Virus record (IMG/VR): IMGVR_UViG_2515154169_000001
Span: 1 to 64,000 of that record
DNA length: 64,000 nucleotides
Direction: 5' to 3' (one strand)
Source: a virus
Lineage: Duplodnaviria; Caudoviricetes
Shown: in pieces, positions 27,692 through 37,410 of the stretch
Layout: the number at the start of each line of letters is the position of its first letter
How positions within the stretch are numbered: the first letter of the stretch is position 1
Position numbers and translations under genes: made by a program
Notes under the pieces: generated by a model
What the model saw: only the letters and a program-made list of their open reading frames with translations
The model's database searches: none
What the model was told of the DNA's origin: nothing

Positions 27692-29442
27692 CCACCGCCG
27701 CGCCCACGATGCTCTCCGCCGCCGCGTCCCGCTACGTCGCCCGCAAAGTCCGGGGCAAGGGCGGCAGCCCCGATCAGGGCTGGCAGAACCGCGCCTGGGA
27801 CATGTACCACGCCGTGCCCGAGGTGCGGTTCGCCGCGAACTGGATCGGCAACGCCATGTCCGGCGCCCTGCTGTACGCCGCCCGCCGCGCCGACGACGGC
27901 ACGATCGAACGCGCCCCCGACAACCACCGGGCGAACGAGATCGTGTCCCAGATCGCCGGAGGCCCCGACGGGCAGGCCAAGATGCTCGGCGCGTTCGGGA
28001 AACACCTCACCGTCCCCGGAGAGGGCTGGATCATCGTCCGCCCGAACGCGGACGTCCTCAGCCCCGACAGCCCCGAAGACGGCCACGACTGGCGTGTGCT
28101 GTCGGTGCGTGAGGTGAGGCAGCAGGCCGGGAAGCTGATCGCCACCATCGAAGGCGACGAGATCGAGGTCCCCGAAGGCGACCAGGAGAACGTCGACCCC
28201 GACGCCCCCGTGGCGATCCGCGTGTGGGAAGCCGACCCCGAGCGCGCCATCGAAGCCGACTCCCCGGTCCGCTCCTCCCTGGAGCTGCTGGAAGAACTCC
28301 AGCTGCTGAACGCCGCCGTGAAGGCCATCGCCCGCTCCCGCCTGACCGGCCGCGGCATCCTCCTCGTCCCCAAGGGCACCCGCTTCCCGACGACGACCAC
28401 GCAGGCCGGCGCCGAGGACGACCTGATCGAGATCCTGATGACGGTCGCCGAGACCGCCATCCGCGACCCCGAGAGCGCCGCCGCCACCGTCCCGATCGTG
28501 CTGGAAGTCCCCGCCGAGTCCATCAGCGACTTCAAGCTGCTGACGTTCGAGTCCGACTTCGACGAGCTCGCGCTCAAGCTCCGAGAGGAGGCCGTGCGCC
28601 GCTTCGCGATCGGCATGGAGATCCCCGCCGAATTCCTCCTCGGCCTCGGCGACGTCAATCATTGGAGCGCATGGGCCCTCACAGAAGAGGCGATCCGCCT
28701 CGGTATCGAACCCAAGCTGGCCACGCTCTCGTACGCCATCACGCAGCAGTGGATGCGCCCGCTCCTCGAAGCCGAAGGCATCGAAGACTGGCACCGCTGG
28801 ATGGTCTGGTACGACAGCAGCCCCCTGCGGGTCCGCGCCAACCGGTCCGAGACCGCGCTGCAGGTCCACGACCGAGGCGTCATCAGCGACGAGGCGCTGC
28901 GCCGTGAGACCGGCTTCGACGACTCCGACGCCCCCGACGAGGCAGAGCTCGCCCGCCGGAAGAAGGCCGCCGAAGAGGAGGCACCGGCCGAGCCCGAGCT
29001 GCCGGTCGACGAGACGACCAGCCCGCCCGACACCCAGCAGGACGAGCCCGAGCCCGACGACCTCCCGGCCTCCGCCGCCCCCGACCGGGCTGCCCTGTAC
29101 GCAGCCGCCGACGGCCTGATCTGGGCCGCCCTCTCCGCCGCCGGGGAGAAGCTGAAGCGCACCCCGGCCTGCCCCCGCTCCGAACGCTCCCGGGCCCGCG
29201 AGATCCAGGCCGCCGCCCTCCATACCGCCCTGCCGGTCGCCGCCGACGGCGTGGAGAAGTGGCGCCTCCTCGACGGGGCATGGGCACGCGTCCCCGAGAT
29301 CGCCGGCCGGTACGGCCTCGACCCCGAATGCCTGACCGCCTCGCTCGACGACTACGCCCGCGAGCTGATCGCCGCCGGAGTAGAGCACGACTACGGCGTG
29401 GTCCCCGGCGTCCTCACCTCGTGCCTGGCAGCGGCCGCGTGA
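27688..29442 (+). CDS. Portal protein
   Basis: Position; WQNRAWDMY..VPEVRF, ADSPVRS, NHWSAW motifs of actinophage portals. Confidence 0.8.
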   Translation: MTTAAPTMLSAAASRYVARKVRGKGGSPDQGWQNRAWDMYHAVPEVRFAANWIGNAMSGALLYAARRADDGTIERAPDNHRANEIVSQIAGGPDGQAKMLGAFGKHLTVPGEGWIIVRPNADVLSPDSPEDGHDWRVLSVREVRQQAGKLIATIEGDEIEVPEGDQENVDPDAPVAIRVWEADPERAIEADSPVRSSLELLEELQLLNAAVKAIARSRLTGRGILLVPKGTRFPTTTTQAGAEDDLIEILMTVAETAIRDPESAAATVPIVLEVPAESISDFKLLTFESDFDELALKLREEAVRRFAIGMEIPAEFLLGLGDVNHWSAWALTEEAIRLGIEPKLATLSYAITQQWMRPLLEAEGIEDWHRWMVWYDSSPLRVRANRSETALQVHDRGVISDEALRRETGFDDSDAPDEAELARRKKAAEEEAPAEPELPVDETTSPPDTQQDEPEPDDLPASAAPDRAALYAAADGLIWAALSAAGEKLKRTPACPRSERSRAREIQAAALHTALPVAADGVEKWRLLDGAWARVPEIAGRYGLDPECLTASLDDYARELIAAGVEHDYGVVPGVLTSCLAAAA

Positions 29443-29648
29443 CGCCCGCCCCCGTCCCGCTCCTCACGGTCGTCCCCGGCAACGTCGCGACGGCCTGGTG
29501 CTACCGCTGCAAGGCGTGGACGCGCCTCGACGGCCAACTGCTGCTGCTCACCCCCGAGGGGGTGTCGACGGTCGGCACCTGGTCGTGGTGCGAGATCTGC
29601 GACGACCCGAGCGACCAGGAGGTGCCCCGCCGTGACGGAGCCGCCTAG
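29439..29648 (+). CDS. Small CxxC..CxxC protein
   Basis: Overlapping GTGA start; WCYRC...WCEIC. Confidence 0.55.
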   Translation: MTPAPVPLLTVVPGNVATAWCYRCKAWTRLDGQLLLLTPEGVSTVGTWSWCEICDDPSDQEVPRRDGAA

Positions 29649-29844
29649 CGAGTACGTGCCGCTGTACGCGGCGAACGCCGTTGCGGACGTCGCCCGGCGC
29701 TGCCCTGAGTGCGCCGAGGACGCGCTGACCGTCATCACGGTGTCGGTCGTCGTCCCCGACGGGTCGCGGCCGGCTGGCGGCTGGGCCGTCTGCACCGCGT
29801 GCAACGCCCTCCCTCACCCGCGTCTGGAGCTGCCCGATGCCTGA
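29632..29844 (+). CDS. Small CxxC..CxxC protein
   Basis: RBS AGGAGG; CPEC...CTAC. Confidence 0.55.
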   Translation: MTEPPSEYVPLYAANAVADVARRCPECAEDALTVITVSVVVPDGSRPAGGWAVCTACNALPHPRLELPDA

Positions 29845-30043
29845 CGAGTCCTCACCGCGCGTGGCGCCGCCCGGGCACTCCCGTGCCTCCCACCGTGCGC
29901 ACGGCTGGTGCTCGCGCTGCCCGGGCCGCGAGGTCTGGGAGGAGCTGCACGCCTGGCGCATCCGGGAGAACGCCCTGGAGGGCGAGCCGGGCGTGCCGGA
30001 CAAGGCCGTCGGCCCAAGCCCGGAGGTGCAGCGCCGTGGCTGA
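29837..30043 (+). CDS. Small His/Cys protein
   Basis: RBS GGAG; HxxHGWCxxC. Confidence 0.5.
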   Translation: MPDESSPRVAPPGHSRASHRAHGWCSRCPGREVWEELHAWRIRENALEGEPGVPDKAVGPSPEVQRRG

Positions 30044-33000
30044 ACTCGAGGAGCGCCTGGCCGCCGCAGAGCAGGACATCGCCCGCACGGTCGCCGACGT
30101 CCTGCGCGAAGTCGCCACGGAGTTCGGGCAGGAGCTGGCGGTCGCGGACGAGATCGTTGCCGCCCGCTTCTCGGTGTCCCGCATCGCGCGGATGTTCACC
30201 AGCCGGATGCCGCGCATCGTGCGCCGCCTGCTGCGCGTCTCCGAAGAGGCCGCGACGGTCTCGGCCGACGCGGTCGACGCGCCCCTCCCGGCCGGCTGGG
30301 ACGACCTCCCGGGCCGGTACGACGACGGCACCCTCCCCGAGCCGTTCCGTGCCTACGTGGAGACCACGGAGCACCTGCTGCGGGCTGTCGGTGACCGCCT
30401 GGCCGACGTCGCCACCGCCGAGCTGTCGGAGGGCGTGCAGGCGGGGGAGACCATCGACCAGCTCCGCGCCCGCCTCCGCACGGCCTTCGACCGCGAGGGC
30501 GCGCAGCTCGGCGACACCCGCGAGGAGCGCATCGCCCGCACCGAAGCAGGGCGCGCCTGGAACACCGCCACCCTCGCCACCGCCCGCGCGGTGACTGGCC
30601 CGGACCGGCCGATCGTGAAGCAGTGGATCACCCGACGCGACGACCGGGTGCGGGAGTCTCACGAGGACGTGAACGGGCAGATCCGCCTGGTCGACGAGCC
30701 GTTCACGGTCGCCGGGATCGCCATGGACTGCCCGCACGACCCGACGGCCCCCGCGGCGGAGGTGGTGAACTGCCGCTGCGTCCTCGCTTTGTACCCGGAA
30801 ATCCGAAGTGCCGCATTTGATTCTCAAGCGAGCCCACGGGCCCGTGTCTTCGAATCGCAGGAGCCGCCCGTGACGACTGCCCCCAGCCCCGCCCTACAGG
30901 CCGCCGCCGACGGGTCCCACCTCAAGCGCGCGATGATCGCCCTCATCCCGTCGGACGAGGACGCCCAGCGCTTGGCCCTCGACGGCGGAGAGGACGCGGC
31001 CGAGCTCCACCTGACGCTGTACTTCCTCGGCGAGGGAGCCGACTGGAGCGACGAGTCCCGCGCCGAGCTGACTGACCTGGTCCGTGCGGCAGCCGCCGAC
31101 CTCGGCGGCCCCGTCCACGCCAACGCGTTCGGCGCCGCCCACTGGAACGCCGACAGCGACGCCCCGTCATGGGTGTGGTCCGTCGGCGACGACCGCGACC
31201 GCCCCAGCGAAGCGCCTACCCTCGGCGAGACCCGGGCCGCCGCAGGCGTGGCCCTGGAGGACTCGCGCGGCCCCGAGATCCCCGTGCAGCACTCGCCCTG
31301 GCAGCCGCATGTGTGTGCGGCGTACAGCGCCGACTTCGGGCTGCTGGGCGCGCTCGTGGAACGCCTCGGCCCCATCACCTTCGACTGCATCAGGGTCGCC
31401 TTCGCCGGCGACCACACGGACATCCCGCTCGCCACCGAGGAGGACACACCCATGGGAGACGACGAGGAGACCACCGCGGCGGCCCTGGCCACGCGTACCT
31501 GGTCCACACCCGACGACACCGCGCTGGCCTTCGAGAACCAGGAGACCGGCGACGGCCGGATCTTCGCCGCAGGCGCCCTGTACTGGGAGGCCGGGCCGTG
31601 GCCGCTCCAGTACGCCGACGAGATGCTGATGGGCCACGAAGGCGCCGAACTGGCCGGGGCCATCGATACCGTCGGCCGCGACGGCGACCGCATCACCGGC
31701 TCCGGCGTGCTGTACGCGAACCGGCCGGCCGGTGCCGACGCGTGCACGCTCCTCGATGAGGGCGCCCCGCTCGGCGTCTCCGTCGACCTGGACTCGGTCG
31801 ACGTCGAGTTCGTCGACCGCACCGTCACCGAAGACGAAGAGGGCTTCCTGATCTACGCCTCCGCGCATCTCCCGCAGGCCAGCCTTCTCCGCCTTGAGGA
31901 CGGCGCCTGGATGCTCACGGCGCGGAGCGCCGCAGACTGGGCGGCGGCCGGGATCGCGCTGTCCCGGTCGGCGAGCGCGGTGCAGCTCATCACCGGCCCC
32001 GGCGGCAGGGTGTCCCGCGACGCGGTCCGGCAGGCGTTCGCCGGAACCGGCATGCTCACCGCCGCGGCCGGGGACGCCGACGACCCCGAAGGCGTCGTGG
32101 TCCACTCCGAGCAGGCCGGTGACTTCCTCATCCGCATCACCCGCGCCCGCATGCGCGGCGCCACCCTCGTGGCGATGCCCGCGTACGACCGGGCCCGCAT
32201 CGTCATCGACCCGCCCGGCGACCAGGAGGAAGCGGCGGCCGCCGCGGTGGTCGCTGCCGCCTCCACCGACCCACACGAGCGCGTCATCACGTACGTGTCG
32301 TCGTCCCCGCTCCCCGTCGGCCCCCGCGAAGTCGCCCGCGCCCTCGGCATGCGCATGGACGTCGTCCACGGCCACCTGGTGCGTGCCGCCCAGTCCGGCC
32401 GCATCGTCCGCCTCGCCCGAGGCCAGTACATGGCCGCCTCCACCATCCCCGAAGGCCCCGCCGTCACCGCGTCAGGCGCCGAGGCCCTGACGGAGCTTGA
32501 GGCGTCCGCCTGGTCGGCGATGCGGGACACCCCGCCGATGCCCGCAGCCTGGTTCCGTGAGCCCACCCCCGAGGAGCTGCCGCCGGGCTCGGGCGGGGTG
32601 CACTACGCGGGCGGCCGGATCTACGGCTGGGTCGCCCAGGCCGGTGAGCCGCACGCCGGGTTCCCCGGCAAGAAGATCACCATCGACAGTCTCGGCAAGC
32701 TCGACCTCACCCACTTCCTACGGGCCCGGTTCCAGCTCGACGACGGCCAGACCGTGCGCGCCGGTGCCTTCACCATGAACGTCGGCCACCACCGCGACGG
32801 AGCCGAGTGCGAGACCGCCGCCTGCCAGTTCGACGACACCCGCACCGTGGCCGGCATCGTCACCGTCGGCATGAGCAAGGGCGGACTGTGGTTCTCCGGC
32901 GCCGCCGCCCCCTGGCTGTCCGAGTGGGACCGGCAGGTGTTCGCCGCCTGCCAGCCCAGCTACCACATGGTGAAGGGCCGCAACGGCTGGCAGCTTCGCG

Positions 33001-33359
33001 CCGTGCTGTCCGTACCGGTGCCCGGACACTCGTCCCCGCTCGTCGCGACCGCAGTCGCCGAGCGGGCGAACCTCGCCCTGGCAGCGTCGGCCGCAGGGCT
33101 GCTGACCAGCGCGGACACCGTGTCCGGACACCCGGACGCCGCGCCCGGACACGGTGAGGACACGGTATCCCCGGCCGTGGACGGCCCTGTGGATCACGCC
33201 TCCACCGTGGCGGCGCTCCTCGCCGACCCTGGCCTGATCGACGCCCTCACCGCCGCCATGGCCCGACGTGACGAGGAACGGCGCGCTGAAGCTGCCGCGC
33301 TCGCGGCCTCCATCACCCTGCCCGACCAGACCACGCCCGAACCGAAGGGAACCCACTGA
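30036..33359 (+). CDS. MuF-like minor head protein fused to a 2H phosphoesterase and a capsid maturation protease-like region
   Basis: KQWITRRDDRVRESH...NCRC (MuF); LHLTL and PHVC (2H); ETGDGRIF...PLQY...GHEGA (protease-like); internal wHTH-like segment. Confidence 0.8.
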   Translation: MAELEERLAAAEQDIARTVADVLREVATEFGQELAVADEIVAARFSVSRIARMFTSRMPRIVRRLLRVSEEAATVSADAVDAPLPAGWDDLPGRYDDGTLPEPFRAYVETTEHLLRAVGDRLADVATAELSEGVQAGETIDQLRARLRTAFDREGAQLGDTREERIARTEAGRAWNTATLATARAVTGPDRPIVKQWITRRDDRVRESHEDVNGQIRLVDEPFTVAGIAMDCPHDPTAPAAEVVNCRCVLALYPEIRSAAFDSQASPRARVFESQEPPVTTAPSPALQAAADGSHLKRAMIALIPSDEDAQRLALDGGEDAAELHLTLYFLGEGADWSDESRAELTDLVRAAAADLGGPVHANAFGAAHWNADSDAPSWVWSVGDDRDRPSEAPTLGETRAAAGVALEDSRGPEIPVQHSPWQPHVCAAYSADFGLLGALVERLGPITFDCIRVAFAGDHTDIPLATEEDTPMGDDEETTAAALATRTWSTPDDTALAFENQETGDGRIFAAGALYWEAGPWPLQYADEMLMGHEGAELAGAIDTVGRDGDRITGSGVLYANRPAGADACTLLDEGAPLGVSVDLDSVDVEFVDRTVTEDEEGFLIYASAHLPQASLLRLEDGAWMLTARSAADWAAAGIALSRSASAVQLITGPGGRVSRDAVRQAFAGTGMLTAAAGDADDPEGVVVHSEQAGDFLIRITRARMRGATLVAMPAYDRARIVIDPPGDQEEAAAAAVVAAASTDPHERVITYVSSSPLPVGPREVARALGMRMDVVHGHLVRAAQSGRIVRLARGQYMAASTIPEGPAVTASGAEALTELEASAWSAMRDTPPMPAAWFREPTPEELPPGSGGVHYAGGRIYGWVAQAGEPHAGFPGKKITIDSLGKLDLTHFLRARFQLDDGQTVRAGAFTMNVGHHRDGAECETAACQFDDTRTVAGIVTVGMSKGGLWFSGAAAPWLSEWDRQVFAACQPSYHMVKGRNGWQLRAVLSVPVPGHSSPLVATAVAERANLALAASAAGLLTSADTVSGHPDAAPGHGEDTVSPAVDGPVDHASTVAALLADPGLIDALTAAMARRDEERRAEAAALAASITLPDQTTPEPKGTH

Positions 33360-33544
33360 TGCCCTGCTCCTGCCAGTCCAAGCGCCAGCAGTTCGAGGTC
33401 GTCGCCCAGAACGGGAAGGTCGTCTTCACGTCCGCGAACAAGGCCACCGCCGAGGCCGTAGGTAAGCGGTACCCGGACAGCGAGGTCCGCGAGAAGGGCA
33501 AGACGCCGGCCGACGCGAAGGTCGGGAAGGAGCCCGACGCCTGA
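33359..33544 (+). CDS. Small protein starting MPCSC
   Basis: TGATG coupling and RBS GAAGGGA. Confidence 0.7.
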   Translation: MPCSCQSKRQQFEVVAQNGKVVFTSANKATAEAVGKRYPDSEVREKGKTPADAKVGKEPDA

Positions 33545-33647
33545 CCGGCCGAGCCCGGCGCGTCGCACGGCGCGCCGGGCTCCCGGAACCGAGGTAGCCG
33601 ATCTGCACGTCTCCTAGAGCCTCCAAAAGTATGCGGACGGGGGCGAG

Positions 33648-34244
33648 ATGGCAGATCCGGATTGGGTCGCGCGCGGCATAGCTGGGGGAAGTGCCCTATT
33701 CACGGCATGCAACATGGCGATCGCCCACGCCAACTACAGGCGTAAGAAGCCACGACTTTCCCTAAGGGTGTTGATGGCGGGCGCGTCCCTCAAGCCTGGG
33801 AGGAGGTCGGCTGCCTTCAATCTCTTTCTCGCCAACCTCGGTGAGACGCCGATCCAGATCCAGCAGGTGTGGATAGAGGTGAGACCGGCAGCAACGTTGC
33901 GTAGGCGAAGGCATCTGATTCCGCCCCGTAAGCGGCATTGGCAGAGCGTGGGCCAGGGCCTCAAACTTGTCGCCATAGACGATGATAAGGAATCAGTCCC
34001 CAGCAAATTGCCACCCCTGGGACAGTTCGAGCACGTAAAAGCCACGTACGCCCTGGGTGCGTGCGGCGATCAGATACTGCGCGCTGTACCCGGACCGCCC
34101 CTGTTTCGCATTCAGGTGCAGCTTCCCGGCGATCGGTACGTGAATAGCCCCTGGGAGGTGCCGGACATGGCGTACTTCGACTGCGAGTGCAGCCAGTGCG
34201 GCGGGCGGTCCGTACAGATGACGTTCGACGAACTGGATGCCTGA
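33648..34244 (+). CDS. Hypothetical protein with N-terminal hydrophobic helix (moron)
   Basis: Lower GC than neighbours; lies between head genes. Confidence 0.6.
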   Translation: MADPDWVARGIAGGSALFTACNMAIAHANYRRKKPRLSLRVLMAGASLKPGRRSAAFNLFLANLGETPIQIQQVWIEVRPAATLRRRRHLIPPRKRHWQSVGQGLKLVAIDDDKESVPSKLPPLGQFEHVKATYALGACGDQILRAVPGPPLFRIQVQLPGDRYVNSPWEVPDMAYFDCECSQCGGRSVQMTFDELDA

Positions 34245-34300
34245 ATGTTGGGCATAGCTCCCCCACGCCGCAGGGCCTGCGGACGAATGGACGCGCGGGC

Positions 34301-34339
34301 TAAGATGCCCCACTAGACGACTGCTGGTTGTGGGCCGGG
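34301..34339 (+). promoter_or_regulatory. Late promoter/leader motif before the capsid gene
   Basis: TAAGAT followed by GCTGGTTGTGGGCCGGG. Confidence 0.7.
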
Positions 34340-34369
34340 TCTCCTGATCGATCACTGGAGATCCGTCCC

Positions 34370-36019
34370 ATGGCCGAGTTCGAGCTTCCTGAGGACCTGA
34401 CTGCCCTCTCCGACGATGAGCTGTCTGAGGTTCTCGACGGCGCCCGCGCCGCGTTCGATGCCCTGTCGTCGTCCGACAACGTCACCCCCGACGGCCTCGC
34501 CGCTATGCGCGAGCTGGCCGCCGGTGTCGAGTCCATCCGCACCGAGCAGGCCGCCCGCGTCGCTGCCGCCGAGGAGGCCGCCCGCGAGATCGAGGCCCTG
34601 GCCGCGCAGATCCGCGGCGAGGAGGAGGCCACCGCAGCGGCCGAGGCCGAGCAGGCCGCCGAGCCGGCCACCGCCGCCGCCGAGCCCGCCCCGGTGGTGG
34701 AGCCGGAGCCCGTCGCCCCGCCCGCCCCGGTCGCGCAGACCGCTTCGGCCGCGCGCCGCTCCCTGAACCTGTCCGGTGTGCGGCAGCGTCAGCCCCGCGT
34801 CCTGCCGGAGCCGCCGGCCCCGACCACCAGCATCACTGCGGCGGTCGATGTCCCCGGCTACACCCCCGGTTCGGCCCTGGAGTTCGGCCAGATCACCGCT
34901 GGGATCATCTCCCGCGCCAACGCCCTCAAGACCGCGGGCGGCGGCGTCGGTCAGGTCATCTCCTACCGGCACCCGTACGCGGCTGACCTCATCGTCACCG
35001 ACTCGTCGTCGGCGCCGGAGGGCACCGAGGTTGCGATGCGGGCGGCCGACCAGCGGCGCCTGCCGCAGCAGAACCTAGTCGCGTCCGGTGGCTGGTGCGC
35101 CCCGTCGGAGACGCTGTACGAGATCACCGACATCGCCTGCCCCGACATGCTGTGGGACCTGCCCGAGGTGCAGCTCGCCCGGGGCGGCCTGCGCTACTAC
35201 AAGACGCCGTCGCTGGACGTCGGCGCCCTGACCTGGGTCCACACCGAGGCCGACGACATCTCCGGCGCCACGAAGCCGTGCTTCAAGGTGCCGTGCCCGG
35301 ACCCGGTGGAGGTCCGCTGTGACGCGGTCGGTGTCTGCCTTGAGGCAGGCATCCTGACGCAGCGCCACTTCCCGGAGCTTGTGTCCTGGTACCTGCGGAA
35401 CACGATGGTCGCCCACGAGATCCGCATCCGCTCCGAGCTGTGGACGAAGGCCACCGCCCTGGCGACCCCGGTCACGCTGGCCGCCACGTTCGGCGCCGTG
35501 TCCGCCGTGTTCGCCGCTGTGGCGCTGCAGGCCGCCGACATGATCGAGCGCCACAGCTTCTGTGACTCGATCAGCCTCGAAGTGGTCTTCCCGTGGTGGT
35601 CGCGGAACCTGTTCCTCGCCGACATCGCGCGCCGTAACGGCGTCGGCATCGACGAGGTCTCCAACGCCGACGTGCAGGACGTGTTCAGCCCGCTCGGTGT
35701 CCGCATCCAGTGGGCCCGCAACCTCACCCCGGCCGTGCCGACCGACATCGGCGGCGCCACCCCCGCCACGGCGTGGCCGGACGAGATCAGCTTCCTGATC
35801 TACCCGGCCGGCCAGCTCCAGCTGGGCCGCGGCGAAGAGGTCAACCTCGGCGTGATCCACGACAGCACGAAGTTCAGCACCAACGACTACACGGCGCTGT
35901 TCGCGGAGGAGTGCATCGCGCTGATCGACCGCTCCGTCGACACCCGGTACGTCACCGTCCCGGTCTGCCCCTCGGGCACCACCGGCGGCCAGCAGCTCCT
36001 GACCTGCCCCGCGGCCTGA
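34370..36019 (+). CDS. Major capsid protein with N-terminal scaffold-like region
   Basis: Ala/Glu coiled coil, ITAAVDVPG, LVASGGWCAPSE..Y, RGG, DS....NDYTALFAEE; position in the module. Confidence 0.85.
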   Translation: MAEFELPEDLTALSDDELSEVLDGARAAFDALSSSDNVTPDGLAAMRELAAGVESIRTEQAARVAAAEEAAREIEALAAQIRGEEEATAAAEAEQAAEPATAAAEPAPVVEPEPVAPPAPVAQTASAARRSLNLSGVRQRQPRVLPEPPAPTTSITAAVDVPGYTPGSALEFGQITAGIISRANALKTAGGGVGQVISYRHPYAADLIVTDSSSAPEGTEVAMRAADQRRLPQQNLVASGGWCAPSETLYEITDIACPDMLWDLPEVQLARGGLRYYKTPSLDVGALTWVHTEADDISGATKPCFKVPCPDPVEVRCDAVGVCLEAGILTQRHFPELVSWYLRNTMVAHEIRIRSELWTKATALATPVTLAATFGAVSAVFAAVALQAADMIERHSFCDSISLEVVFPWWSRNLFLADIARRNGVGIDEVSNADVQDVFSPLGVRIQWARNLTPAVPTDIGGATPATAWPDEISFLIYPAGQLQLGRGEEVNLGVIHDSTKFSTNDYTALFAEECIALIDRSVDTRYVTVPVCPSGTTGGQQLLTCPAA

Positions 36020-36038
36020 TCCCTGCCCGCCCCCATTC

Positions 36039-36071
36039 GTGCCGGGCCCGACCGAGGCGCGGGCCCGGCAC
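36039..36071 (+). terminator. Hairpin after the capsid gene
   Basis: GTGCCGGGCCC...GGGCCCGGCAC. Confidence 0.6.
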
Positions 36072-36096
36072 ACCCCTATGAACACGGAGGCGAGCA

Positions 36097-36930
36097 GTGG
36101 CCGCAGGCCTGCGAAGGTACGTCGAGGCGATCCCCGGGAGGCCACTCCCGCACGGGATCCTCAACACGTGCACGGACGTCCGCGACGTCGACGACGTCCA
36201 CGAGCTGCTGGGCGTCGAGTGGCTGGCGCTCGGCTGCTGCCCCGTGCAGGTGTGGCAGGACCCGTGCATCAACGATGACGAGTCGCCGGGCGCCCCGGCG
36301 CAGAAGGAGTTCTGCCGCCCTGAGCTGGAGCACGCCGAGCCCATCACGGTCTACGCCGGGTCGGAGTGCTCCACGATGGGCTGGACCTACGCCGAGGCCC
36401 GCGCCCATGCCGAAGCCTCGTTGGCGCTCGGCGAGCAGCAGGCCGTAGAGGCCGGGTTCTGGACACAGCACCTCGCCACGACGGCTGTCGACCTCACCCC
36501 CGCTGAGGGGCCGGTGAACATCGCGCAAGGCGTCGCCGCCCTGGAGGGCTGCCTGGCCGAGTCGTACGGCGGCGTCGGCACCCTCCACGTCCCCGCCGGA
36601 GCGGCCGCCCTCCTCGGCTGCTGCAACCTCGTCCGCGAAGAGCCCGAGACCGGGTCGCTGCGCACCCTCGCCGGGAACTGCGCGATCATCGGCGCCGGCT
36701 ACTCGGCGATGAACACCGGCCCCGGCAACATCCCGGCCGACCCCGGCACCGCCTGGCTCTACATCACCGGCCCCGTCGTCGTGCGCCGGGGCCCGACCGT
36801 GACCGTGCCCGACCAGCCCGGCCAGTCCGTGAACATCCGCAACAACGACCGGCGCGTCCTGGTCGAGCGGACCTACGTCGTCGCCACGACCTGCGTCGTG
36901 TGCGCCATCTCGGTGGTGACTTGCCCGTGA
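36097..36930 (+). CDS. Putative capsid-associated/decoration protein
   Basis: Follows the capsid gene; Cys-rich; WLYITGPV...NDRRVLVERTYVV. Confidence 0.7.
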   Translation: MAAGLRRYVEAIPGRPLPHGILNTCTDVRDVDDVHELLGVEWLALGCCPVQVWQDPCINDDESPGAPAQKEFCRPELEHAEPITVYAGSECSTMGWTYAEARAHAEASLALGEQQAVEAGFWTQHLATTAVDLTPAEGPVNIAQGVAALEGCLAESYGGVGTLHVPAGAAALLGCCNLVREEPETGSLRTLAGNCAIIGAGYSAMNTGPGNIPADPGTAWLYITGPVVVRRGPTVTVPDQPGQSVNIRNNDRRVLVERTYVVATTCVVCAISVVTCP

Positions 36931-37406
36931 GCAGCAGGAACCTGATCCACATTCAGCCGACCAGGGACCGCCGTGTCGGCTTCGCCCGCTGGGCCGTCGC
37001 GCAGCGCCCGAAGGTCGGCACCGTCGGCCCGCACACGTTCGCCGTCCCGGCCCGCCTCTTCCCCGACATCGCGGAGGAGCTGCTGATCGGCGCTGTGGTC
37101 GACGGCCGGCCGTACGTGTCGCCCGACCAGGCCCCGGCAGCGGCGTCCCCGGAGAGGGAGGGGATCCCCGGGGAGCCGCTGCCGCCCGCTCCTGAGGCGG
37201 CGTACCCGGCGGACCCGGTGCCGCTGCCGCCGCCGGACTTCGCGCCGCTGGAGGACGCCCCCGCCGACGACAGCGACCGAAGCGACGCAAGCCAGGACGA
37301 AGAACCCAACTCGGATGGCAGGTTCGCGTGCGGCGGCTGCCCGCGCGACTTCTCCACGAAGCGCGGGCGGGACCTCCACCAGCGCCAGGCACACCCGGAG
37401 GACTGA
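36927..37406 (+). CDS. Hypothetical protein with C-terminal C2H2 zinc finger
   Basis: FACGGCPRDFSTKRGRDLHQRQAH. Confidence 0.7.
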   Translation: MSSRNLIHIQPTRDRRVGFARWAVAQRPKVGTVGPHTFAVPARLFPDIAEELLIGAVVDGRPYVSPDQAPAAASPEREGIPGEPLPPAPEAAYPADPVPLPPPDFAPLEDAPADDSDRSDASQDEEPNSDGRFACGGCPRDFSTKRGRDLHQRQAHPED

Positions 37407-37410
37407 GCGG

